Of a stretch of DNA of 64,000 bases, positions 27,340 to 38,822 are shown piece by piece (position 1 is the stretch's first letter; every line of letters begins with the position of its first letter). The translations under genes were made by a program, and so were the position numbers. The notes below the pieces were generated by a model. The model was given only the letters and a program-made list of their open reading frames with translations, had not been told where the DNA came from and did not search any database. Origin of the DNA: Phoronis australis (lineage: Eukaryota; Animalia; Phoronida); contig NMRA01000156.1 of NCBI GenBank assembly GCA_002633005.1, positions 460,488-524,487 of the forward strand, given 5' to 3'.

Positions 27340-28121
27340 TGTAAAAATTTATAGATGTGTTCCTGACTTTCAGAAGGCCACGACTGACGTTGACTTTCAG
27401 ACGGCACCGACTGCAACCGAATCTCCTTGACCTTTTGAAGGAGCTTTGTGAAATTTTAAACATGTGTTCCTATGGAGCCGACGATAAATAGTAATAAGTG
27501 TTTGCTTCTGTACCTTCGAATTTCATTAATGTATTTTCATGAAATTTTGCAAATTTGCTTCCGTTACGGAGACGACAACCCCTTCTTATTTTCGGACAGG
27601 TTTGATGGTTTCTGCGCCACCTTGTGGCCATTTAAAATCTTTGCATATGTCTCTCTATCTGCCAAACCACTCAAAAGATCATTATGAAAATTGACGGACG
27701 TATTCCAATGCGAAACCGTGGCTGACGTTGATTTCCAAATGTTTTCAACTATTTTGGCGCTCTCTAGGGACAATTTTGCTTTTTACATCTATGGCTGTAT
27801 CTTCTTAACCCTTTGAAGGATGTTTCCGATAAAGATGACCACAGATGACGATGAGCTTCAAACCAATTGGAATATATCTGTGCACCCTAGTTTCGATTGT
27901 TTTCTTTTTTACGTTTGCCTCTATATCTAAGGAGTTCATTGGCTTACTTTCATGAAATTTGGCAAGTAGTTGTGTATTACAGTGGCGGCGCCCCCCTTTC
28001 AATTTGGACGGATTTGACATATACTGCGCCATCTAATGGTCATTTTTATGATACTAAAACACCCATGTAGAAGCACGCGGTGCTGTCATGGGCGCATTCA
28101 AGGCTACGTGTTGCTCTTGTT
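27340..28121 (-). repeat. Satellite-like array element, third locus
   Basis: Same unit vocabulary as 24065-25493. Ends gctcttgtt. Confidence 0.6.
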
Positions 28122-29344
28122 TCATTTTGAGGACTTACAGATGCCAGAATCGTGGCTTTTGAACGTGCTCGTTGAGAAGAAATTTCTGGTGTAATTTGAC
28201 CAATTTTTCCATGCGCTTCAATTATGCATCCAAATTATTTTTCAAGGGACGACATCAGTAAACAACTATGGATAGTGTAATTTAGTTTACTGCGTTTCCT
28301 GTTTAGAACTGGGAATCTTTTTCTCTCACAAAATCGGTCTCACACATTCCATCTCGAGATACATGTTCGATGCTATTTCCGATACCAGCACGAACATGGA
28401 AGCCATCAACGACTTAAGAAAACGCTTAAGAGTTCACTGGGGCTGACCAAACAGTCAATTACTGATTCAAAAATGGCGCATGCATGCATTGCCTGTGACT
28501 TGAGTTCCCGGATCATCAAGAGTGGGTGAGCGTGGTAATGTTTTAACACCAAAGCACTTCAGTTAAGACTTCAACATAGACCACTAATTGGGCAAATTGT
28601 AGCTTTAACTAATTTCCATTCACCAACCCCGATCTCCTCAGCGTTTTGCGGTGACAACGACGGTGTTTTAATTACCCCCCCCCCCTTGTATCACAGTCTT
28701 GTGTCTGGAACGTCAGTGTGTGATTTGGGGTTTAATTGTACGATTTAACATAATCGCAACTTCTTCAGTAGATGCTGGCAACTATAACATCTCGTTAGCT
28801 CTGGCTGATTTATCGTGGGTCGCAGAGTTCACACTCAGGCTACAAGAGGTCAGGTGATGCATTTGAGATACTGCAGGTTTGGTTTTCTTTGGCTGTCATC
28901 TGAATTTTCTTTAACGGGAGGTATGCGTTGCTGTGGCTGACAATATGCAGTAAGTAGAAGTCATGATGAGCTATTGACTTTTTCGTAATACTGACCAATA
29001 GAATTAAATGTTTTGTGAACGTGGAACGGTCAATGAAATTCGAAGAATGCAATATAGTTGGGAAACTGATCTGCGATAGATTCCACGTGAGGTCATGTGT
29101 AGGAGACGTTGAGAATATTGTAAGTTTCCTAAAAGTCACTACACCAACAGAAATAGTGCGCGCACCCAGCCTAAAGAATTGTGGTCTCAAATTTTTGAAA
29201 ATGTGCACCTTTTACAAAGATTCACGGGCTACGTTCAGGGCTATGAATTGTGCATTCGCCGAATTTTGGTAGTACTGACTTTTTAGTGGATTTTTGTCTC
29301 GTTTTCTACTTTTTCGGAGTTTTTGTTTCTCTGAGGCGAACATN

Positions 29345-32300
29345 GTTATTAACGACACTCTTCCTTAAGTAAACTAAATTACTTCTCGGCGCTCGGGAAA
29401 AATTGTCGTTCTGCTGCTAAAATTGAGGTGCGTTCTTGTAGGTCGGCTTACATTGGCCAGTTCCTTTTTTCCCCCGATTCTTCAGTCAGCTGTTCTTCTC
29501 TTCTACGAGGATGCGTACATGGCACAATAAATTATCGAAACTGATTTCATATCCTTATAAGTTTTTATTGTGTATTTTAGCAAACGGAATTTCAGAACAA
29601 ATATTGCTGCTGAGAATTTGTCATCACCTTCCGAAAGATGTCGCAAAATTTTAGGAAATGGCGCGTACACTTGTCGCGAGGGCGACAGACTTTTTTGTTA
29701 CAATTATGCAAGAAAATGACGTTCATTAGATTGTTTTAACTGCAAACTGCAAGGTGAGTGTTGGTTGACTCCTAGATTTTGCATGCGTCTGCGCCGGTCG
29801 CTAGCGCTACATGTTGATATAAGTTTCAAGACGAAGTGACTAGCTACTTGCTGTGGGAAATTTCGGGGATGTAACGGAGCTCAATAACGCAGTGCTGCCA
29901 AGCTTTATTTTAGCGATAGTCTTTACACAGCTACCGGTTACGTCATAACCCGCAGTATCATACAAAGGCCTTGAGAACTTCATTTTGTCCGGCGGTCATG
30001 TTCAGTCCCCCGCCCGGCGGTCCTGTTTTGTGGTGGGGCGGTCATGTTTTTAGGTACGTCAGTCTCATTTTCTGGTGCGGTAGTCCCATTTGATCCCCGG
30101 AGGCCCTGTTTTGGGTGAGTCGGTCCGATTTACTGAGAGGAACGATGGTCATGTTGTTTCTCAACTGTGGGTATATCCATGATGTCAAGCCCCGGCCTCG
30201 AGTCCGTCCATAGCCTTTGCCAACCCATTTGCACATCAAGCTTCATTTCCATGTTGCGAATTTAGACAGATTTCGCGAAGAATTCCAACCCCACTTTTAG
30301 TCACGGTTAACCTTCAGATCCTGATAAAACAGAGTACATGTCGAGCCAGAAGGGTGTTTTCTTCATTCAGAATAGCTTAAAGAACCAAAAAATTATTGTC
30401 GTGAACGATATTCAGTGACTGAATATCGTTCACGACAATAATTTTTTTATTACTCCCCGGCATTTAAACCGCATAATTACCAACATGCTCCAATCCATTT
30501 TATGTTGGTGCATTTTGCCTTCATCTCTGCCTGGGCCTCCTGGCGTCTGGTGTCCGCGGCTGTATCTCCTTTTCTCCTTGCAGAATTGTATTGAAATTTG
30601 GCAGGTGTGTTTCTATGGGGCTGACGACAGAGGACAACGAATTTCGGACCGACCTAAATACTACTGTCTCCCCTAGTGACATTTTTTTACGTTTGTCTCT
30701 GTATGTTCGGAGTGCTTTGATGGATTTTCATGAAATTTGGCAAGTAGGTTTTTAATGCTGAGGCGATGAAGCTATTTTCGAACGGATTCGACGGTTGACC
30801 ATTTTTGTTATTTTTGCGTCCGTTTTCTGGCGTCCGCTTCTCTATCTGCCATACCGCTTAAAGGATCATTATGAAAATTTACAGATGTGTTGCTGATGAG
30901 AAGGCCACGACTGATGTTGACGGTTCCGACTACTGTATCGCCCCCTAGTGGCGATTTTGTTTTTTGCGTCTGCGGCTGAATCTCCTTAACGCTTTGTAGG
31001 ATCTTAATGAGATTTTACGTATGCGTCCCCATAAAGCTGACGACAGACGACCACGAGTTTCGAACCGATTCGATTGCTGCTCTGCCTCCTAGTGGCAATT
31101 TTAGTTCTTTACGTTTGGAATTCCTTGATGGGTTTAAAAGAAATTTAACAAATAGCTTTCTATTTCGGACGATGATGTCTTTTTGCTTTCTGCTGGATTT
31201 GGCGTATTCGGCGCCGCCTGATGGCAATTTAAAAAATGAGTACTTTTTGACGTCCGCCTTCGTATCTGCCAAATATCTCAAATGATCATTATTAAAATTG
31301 GCGTATGTGTTCTGACGAGAGGACCACGGCTGACACTAATTTTCGGACGGGTTCGAATACTTTGGCAATTGTTTTATATCTACGGCTATATCTCCTTTAC
31401 TCCGTGAAGGGGCTTTGTGAAATTTGGCAGATATGTTCTTATGCAGATGATAGCAGATGACAACGAGTTTCAGGTCAATCCGAGTGCGGATGTGCCCCCT
31501 AGTGGAAGTTTTGTTTCTCTTTACGTTTTCCTCAGTATCTTCCAAGTTCCCTGATAAATTTTCATGAAAATTCTATTAAAAATACAATGACGCCATCTCA
31601 TTTTCGGACGGGCCATTTGAAAATATTTTGAGTATGTTTTTGATGTCCACCTTCCTATCTGCCCAAGCATTCAAAGGATCATTATGAAAATAAGCAGATG
31701 GCTTGATGAAACGACTGCAGCTGACACTGACTTTCGGATGGGTTCGACTACTGTGGTGACCTCTAGTGGCAATTTTTATGCGCCCACATGTGTGTGTGTG
31801 TGTGTGTGTGTGNGTGTGTATTGACGTCATCCCTGTCTGAGCGTCCGGCGTCCGACGTACAGCGTCTGCTGCTGTATCTCATAAAACACTAGCATGATCT
31901 TTCTGAAATTTCACAGATGTGCTCCTGTGGGGCTGACGACAGATAAGTCGAGTTTCGGACCAATCCGAATACCGCTTTGAACCCTAGTGGCTTTTTTTTA
32001 CGTTTGTCTCTTCGGAGTTCCTTGATGGATTTTCATGAAATTCGGCAAATAGATTTGTAATAAGGGACAATGATGCAACTCTATTTTCGAATGGATTCGA
32101 CGGATTTTACGCCACCTTGTGGCCATTTTTGTTATTTTTGCGTCCATTTCTGGCGTCCACCTCTCTAACTGCCTTATCGATCAAAGGATCATTTTGAAAT
32201 TTTACAGATATGTTCCTGACTGTTCGCGACTGACGTTGACTTTTGGACGGATCGGAATACTGTTTCTTTCCCTAGTGGCAGTTTTTTTGCGTATGCGGCC

Positions 32301-32477
32301 AAATTTTTTTAACCTTTTGAAGGAATATTTTCATGAAATTCGACATATAGGTTCCTATTAAGGAGTCGATAACGTTTTCCAATTTCCGGACAGATTTGAT
32401 GTTTTATGCGCCGCCTGGTGGCTTTTTGTTTTGTTTTGCGTCCGTTTTCTGGGGTTTGCATCCCTATCTGCCATACC
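29345..32477 (+). repeat. Direct duplication, copy 2, or an uncollapsed haplotype
   Basis: Similarity begins immediately after the N at 29344. This copy lacks Kolobok C and the MITE at 24978. Confidence 0.85.
30490..32477 (-). repeat. Satellite-like array element including a (TG)n tract at 31789-31819
   Basis: Paralogue of 24065-25493 with about 800 bp of extra units. Confidence 0.7.
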
Positions 32478-33113
32478 CCTCCGGGGTGCGCGCATGCTAC
32501 ATTGTACATCAAAGCAAAATAATAGACGAGATAATTCAAAATATTCTTTCCGTCTTTACGTTTTCATCTTGTAGCTACACGATCACACTTTGTAAGCAAT
32601 TTTGGCTCAAACCACAGGGGCACTCAAATTTCCAGAACCATATATTTCTTAAACATTAAGGCCCCCCCAGAAATTTTAATCCAGCACTGGTTTTCACCCA
32701 CAGCTGACAGAAGACTTTAAATGTTTTGAGTTACACCCAATGTTTTCTGACTTGTCTGGTTTTCCGTGTAAAATTGGCATTTTGGTATCTGTAAATCTTT
32801 TCTTTCTGCACCGCTACCGCCATGTCCAGAAATTATGTCGTTTGATATATTCACAACGTTTCAAGATCACTGAAATTGAAGTTTTGTAGTCTTTTCGTTT
32901 TGCTCACGATTAACCTATATCATTATTGTGACCACAATAAAAGGGATCTACACAAGGTCGTTTCTTTATTTATTTCTGAGGGTATTTCCCGAAAGTGGTC
33001 TCTGCGCTCAGATTCCTCAGAAACTTTTGCGGACCCTAGGTAGTACAGACAAGGCTGACCGCCTGACAAAGTCTACATCATATATGTACGACAATCAAGT
33101 TGTTGCATTTGAG

Positions 33114-33725
33114 TCACACCAGTTGAATAAGTGCTTCTTCACCCTCTAGATAACACTGGTTTTGACAAGTATTGTTCTCGTCAAAATACTGCGCAGAGTG
33201 TTCACTTTGAGAGTTTTCTCTTTGGTCTTTCTCTACATTCAAGATTTCGGATCGCTTCTCTGCATTTTTGGTCGAAATCATCGAGTATGTACTCTGCGTG
33301 TGCTCGCTTTGTGTCGTCTCAAAGCGTTCGCATTTGCTTACGGTGCTGACGTCATCAGTCCATCGAGAAGTTCTCCCCTGGGAGTCCGTGTTGTTTCCTG
33401 TCTGCGCGATTAGAAATGCTTCCTTATAATTCTTCTTTCGAACGAGTTCAATCTGCCTCAGATAAACATTTATATAGCGATCGGCGTGATTTCTCCGCAC
33501 GCTTGAGGCTATCATCAGAACAATGGAAATGCTGCAAATGACAACGACGGCCGCGACGTACATGACAGCACCTATGCCATCGTAGTCGTCAGGGTTCGCT
33601 GTGGTGTTAGTCATCGTAATACTTCCGGTCAGACTACAGTTATCTAATGCTTCAACACGAATGACGAGTTGGCTGTTCGGCTCAACAACGAGAACTCGTT
33701 CCTGGATATCGACTGACATGTCCAT
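33114..33725 (-). CDS. Single-pass (type III-like) membrane protein, KCNE-like, 203 aa
   Basis: No signal peptide; NCS and NTT sequons precede one TM helix, followed by a basic RR and a low-complexity tail. An acceptor (ttttctctgttccag|) opens the exon at 33748 and an in-frame stop lies before the ATG. Confidence 0.75.
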   Translation of the reverse strand: MDMSVDIQERVLVVEPNSQLVIRVEALDNCSLTGSITMTNTTANPDDYDGIGAVMYVAAVVVICSISIVLMIASSVRRNHADRYINVYLRQIELVRKKNYKEAFLIAQTGNNTDSQGRTSRWTDDVSTVSKCERFETTQSEHTQSTYSMISTKNAEKRSEILNVEKDQRENSQSEHSAQYFDENNTCQNQCYLEGEEALIQLV

Positions 33726-34299
33726 TCGTTATTTTCGTTAGCCCAGTCCTGGAACAGAGAAAACTTGGAAGTGATTTGCAATTTTGATGGGCAAAAACAG
33801 ACAACCTGCGCACTGTTTTGGTCCAAATCTGAGACATAAATCAAGAGGAAATTGGGTGCACCTGCTGAGTGAAAGACATGAATTGTGGGAAAACTTCTGC
33901 TTCCGCCCATGGACATCAGTCAACGTTATGTAAGGTCGTGTGATATGTGATCTTTTTCACACCAAAAGTAAAACTGTCCAAAGAACTGTATGATAATCAC
34001 GCATTTCAGACTAAACTGATACAAATAACATTAAAACACGCTATTAACTAACGCTGACTTGATCAGTTCATTCTGATTTTGAATATGGGCTGTTTTTTCT
34101 TTAAGGATGGGTAAGCAAATACGGTAGATTCAGAAGCCCTCTCGATCATGGTACCTCGGGATTCAGACGTTCGGTTACCGTCTCAGCTAATAGTGCAATT
34201 TGTGTAATCGGAATTTTTTTAGGTATTTATCATCATTTATAAACAAGTACAAAAAACAAATAAATAAGTACATCCATTCATTCACGCATGCACACCTCA

Positions 34300-36100
34300 G
34301 GAGAGACCATTCTCGTATCTCGTATAAAGCAAACTTGGAGTTAAGATGAACAATAAAATTTTCCCATTTCGCAGAGAAGCTGTCATATACAAAGTTTTAT
34401 TTAAAATTAATATTTCAGCATTATAGTACTCATAAGTGTATGTAAAAAACTTGTGAAAATTAGGTATATTTTTGTGACATCTCTCCTTGTAAATGTACTG
34501 TTTGGCTATTAAAAGCAAAATCTTAAATAGAAAATCATGCGTCTCATTAATTCCAAGAACAACAAGTTCGTAAGAGAGACAGTTGAGAAGCTGAATGAGA
34601 CACTTTTGAAGTAGCTTTCCGAATTCCTTCCAGAAATCTTGTACAAGACGACATTCCCAAAAAAGGCGTGACAGCGTCTCTGGAGCTTTATTACAAAAGG
34701 AACATAAATTAGAATCCCGAACACGAATTTTGACTAAAAAGGTATTTGTTGCAATAATACTGTGTAATGGTCTAAATTAGAACAATCTGATGTTGGGATC
34801 CTTTGTAATTTCATAAGGCAATGCGTGTAAGTTCTTCGAAACTATCGCCTAACTCTATTTCCCATTTACACTCTGACTTAGAAGGTTTCTTAACGTCATT
34901 GAAGACTGAAAAAATGTGTACCGTCAGAGGTCCTAAAGTCGTGAGTGCCCTAAAGTCGTGAACGATCTTACTTCCTCTTCTGCGCGGTCTTGCGACATCT
35001 GGCGTTGAAGTTTACAGCGTTCGTCTGCTTACGAACGTCAAACGAATACCCGGACGTGTTCGTATTCACAATATGATAACAAACAGTGAGTGAGTGGCTT
35101 CTTTTTTCAAATGTATCTTAAAAATAGCATATTCCACTAATTCACTTTTTGGGGCATTTTTGGGATATATTTTCGAAAATGTCTGTCGTTCAGATTTACT
35201 TGAAGAATGTATCAAAATGTCCCAGGGTCGATCAAGTTTTGTAAGGCCAAAACAATAAAATACAGAGCGATAATTGGTGCTGGGTTCTTAGCGTTTTTCG
35301 TGAACAACCTCATTGAAAACGTCTGTGCACATCAAAGTTGGGTGCAAAACTTATAACAATTTATTTCAATTGAAACTGAATAAACAATGCAATGCATTTT
35401 TATGTCATCTAGAGTAACTGTAAGCACTGTAGTTGACTTTTGTGGTCATACTTCGTGCATTTCCGTCTAAACGAAACGTTCACGACTTTAGGGCGTCATT
35501 CAAAATGGCCGGCGATATCAGCGACAGTTTTAAAACTCTGCTTACGGATACAAACAAGGATTAAGATTGTCAAAACACGTATATTTGTGAAGGCTGATAT
35601 ATGTCCATGACATCACATGAGCAGTTGCAAACGGGTACTGGGTAGTATGACAATCAACGGCTTATTATGCTTATATTCACGACTTTAGGTCACGGGTGTA
35701 TATGTTTACAAATCTTTCCGTAAGTGAGTAATTGCTAAAGGCATGCAAGGAGAGTTGACATTAACACTTTTAAATTTACTCTGAAATAGGCTTTTTGAAA
35801 CCTTCTTAGAACAGAAACAACACCATTATATCCTACAAAGTTGGTTTTTACATCGAACCCATTTTTCATATGGTTCAAACTATCGAAATCACCATCAGAA
35901 GTATACACATATCTAATAAATCTTAAACCTTTTACAAACCAGGGTTTATAAAAAACACTTGTGCTTCCGATCGCCAAGTTACTATTAAACCACAAAGGTT
36001 GATTCAAAAACTCCTCTAATCGGAAAGTGTTTAAAAGCGAGTTCAAGCATCGATCATGAAAACCACTAAACGCGTGGTTCTTTATGGGCCCATCCAAAAT
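34300..36100 (-). mobile_element. Decayed 3' end of an L1/Tx1-clade LINE ORF2, split by a MITE
   Basis: FLNQPLWFNSNL..VFYKPWFVKGLRFI (35735-36097) and a zf-RVT-like LF*FRPLHSIIATNTFLVKI..SNLCSFCNKAPETLSRLFWECRLVQDFW (~34625-34820), with stops and frameshifts. Confidence 0.85.
34921..35698. mobile_element. MITE inserted in the LINE fragment
   Basis: TA|ccgtcagaggtcctaaagtcgtga ... ttcacgactttaggtcacggg, with a repeated cctaaagtcgtgaa motif at both ends. Confidence 0.7.
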
Positions 36101-37025
36101 TAGAAAACGTATTAACTGCTTTCTTTACGTTAACTTTTCGATAACTTGACATGTTTTTTTATACAGAAAGCACACGAGATGGTTGAATGGATTTAAATAG
36201 TGTCAAATTACTGGTAAAAACCTGGCCCGAACTTGATCTCTACTCAGCATGGAAAGAACTGACGTCGGGTCGATCAATTTTTTGTGTGATCGCGACCGAA
36301 GAGGCTAGTGTGATCGCGTGCATTGTCAGTTCTTACCACGCTTAATATAGTTTCCAGTCTGTGTAAAAAAAAACAATTTCGAGTTGATTTATGACTTTGA
36401 GTAGTGTAAATTGATTTTTAAACAAAAAGGGTTTACAGTAGATTTCAGTGTGCTCACTATCGTTCGTATTTTCCGCCTTGAAAATTGTTTACAGGGTTCT
36501 TTTTTCTCTTGAAGATGCACATATTCGAAGTGACAGCTCGACTCCCAGACGGCGTGCTAACAAGCAAAACCATAATTCTTACTTCGTTTTACTGTCTCTG
36601 TTTCTCGTTAACTGTACCGCACAAAGTACCTTTGATTTATGTTACGGTTGAGAATGCTTCACTGTTGATGCAGTCAAAAGGTCCATAAATAAACACTTGT
36701 TTTACACCTACAACAATAAATGCACCGAATATAAATCTGAGTGTACGTGCGACTTCTCTGTTGATAGCATCTCTCTCCATCAAGGTCACTTTGTGAAATA
36801 AGTGATCGTTTATTGCCTCGCTGCGACAGGGGGGGCTCAAAAAAAGCTTATTGAAATATCAATCCAATCGCAAATAAAGTAAGTGATACCTTTTTGAATG
36901 TCAAGTTTTGATCAGTTAAGCATATTGCAATTGCCATAAAGTGTATTTTGAAACTTTTAGTCGTTTTCTTAAAAACACGAAGTTAATGGAAATAACCTTT
37001 TCTCATACTACAAGTGTGATGAAAT

Positions 37026-37224
37026 TAACTGACCTAATAACCTGTATGCTCTCCCCTTTCCGTAAGTCATGCTCAGTGACCGAGACGCCTGCCGATTGCC
37101 AGTCTCAGCTCATTTACATAATAATTTAACTGACCTAATAACCTGTATTCTCTTCCATTCCGTAAGTGTGCTCAGTGGCCGAGACGCCTGTCGATTGTCA
37201 GTTTCACCTCCTTCACATAATAAT
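37026..37224. repeat. Two-unit ~101-bp tandem duplication
   Basis: taactgacctaataacctgtat starts at 37026 and again at 37127. Confidence 0.85.
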
Positions 37225-38291
37225 TAGCCAGCGATTTTAGCAATGGCCGGCCAATATCAAGCTTGGACTGCCCATGCGAAGGACGGAGCTTTGGGATAGG
37301 AAGAACGAACCCACAATAGGGATAACGGACGAAAAAGGGGAAGGGATAGGTTGTGATGTGAAGGACGGGTCTTGTTTTAATTTTGCAATCTCAGACGGTA
37401 TAATTAATGTTATTGGAGTGCGGGTGTGAAAGGCTGAATTCTAACTGTGCTTACTTCACTTCGAGATCACGTGAGAGGCACGCGCTGAAATTTTATTCAC
37501 TTTGCCGTCACGGTCAGCGTCCGCACGAAAACCCAGAAAATTAAATTTTAGTGTAAAAATCTGAGCTTCTAAAGGTGTACGAGTCAATCCTCATTCGATC
37601 ACAGTGTTACGGTATTGTAAACGACGTTCACTTCAAACGCGAATATTCACTGCAAGCAAGTGCTAATAAAACAAACAAGGGCGGTACATTCCTATCATAA
37701 AGTCCTCCCTTTCCGTCTCCAGTCAGAGCCTCATACGATAAAGTCTGATTGATTCCAGAAACTGGCAGAAAAACTAATACAACGCCAATACAGCCTGTCA
37801 CAAACTTTTGTATTATAATGTTCAGTGCGACTTGCTCATCTGAAATAAAAGTGCGATTTTTATAGCGTTCCGATCAATTTTAGATCGTTTTTAATAAAGC
37901 ACGATGGTGTTCAAAACCACTCGACCTTAGGAATCACGTGGAGATTGTTCATTACTTGTGTCGTCAGATATTCCAGGGTTCAGTTTGAAGTTGGCGGTTT
38001 TTGGCTGGCAAGCAGGTATGCTACATAATGAGCGGGTAAGATTTAGTCGGTATTGCACGCACCCTGTCCCCTGAAGTCAATTTTGTTTAGGTCCAAAAAG
38101 ATTAGAACCGGTCCAGCTCTACGCCTAAACCTGTCGTTCATTTATGTGCGAAAACAATGACAGAAATCGAGCACATGAGAAGATAGCAGATTTCCACGTC
38201 ACGAACGAAACTATAATCAACGTTTTTAACGATTCTTCACAGCTCTCCTGTGCACGCAGCGTTTTTCAAGCACGGCCGTGTAGATAACCCT

Positions 38292-38822
38292 AGGGGGGAA
38301 CGATTTGATGGACTTCAAAAGCACTGGCCGGACTTCAAAACCAGACGGATGGACTGCAAAATTCAATGGTCGGTTTTCTAACTTGGTGGTCGGACGTCAC
38401 TGAAACAGGTTGACCGGTATCTCAAAACTAGATGGCCGCAAACAAAAAAATGCGTGCCCGGACCTAAAACGGATTAGCCGGTGCTCAAACACAATGGCCG
38501 AAGAAATCGCTGATTTTGAACAAAACTAGTAAACAGATATGAAAAATAAACACTATATGTCACTTGAATCATTCGAGTTCAGAGCGAGTCTCTGAAGAAG
38601 CCCAGCTGTCGTGTTTGATCACAGGCCAACTGGTTAGCACCGGCTATCATGTTTTGAATCCAGCCAACTCGTTTTTTGGGTGAGGCCATCGCGTGTTGAA
38701 ATCCAGACAACACGTTTGATCACCGGCCATTTGGGTTTGCGGTCCAGCCGACTGGTTTTGAAGTCCGTGCAAGTGGTTTTGAAGTCCCACCAATTGTTGA
38801 TTCACACCCCCCCCCCCCNCCC
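38292..38822. mobile_element. MITE with subterminal repeats
   Basis: ggacttcaaaa repeats at the left mirror ttttgaagtcc repeats at the right; G-run and C-run ends. Confidence 0.65.

Noticed and set aside
5790-33725. Functional cluster of raft membrane proteins (caveolin, MS4A-like, KCNE-like)
   Set aside because: Three genes in mixed orientation with no visible shared regulation; conserved synteny would be needed.
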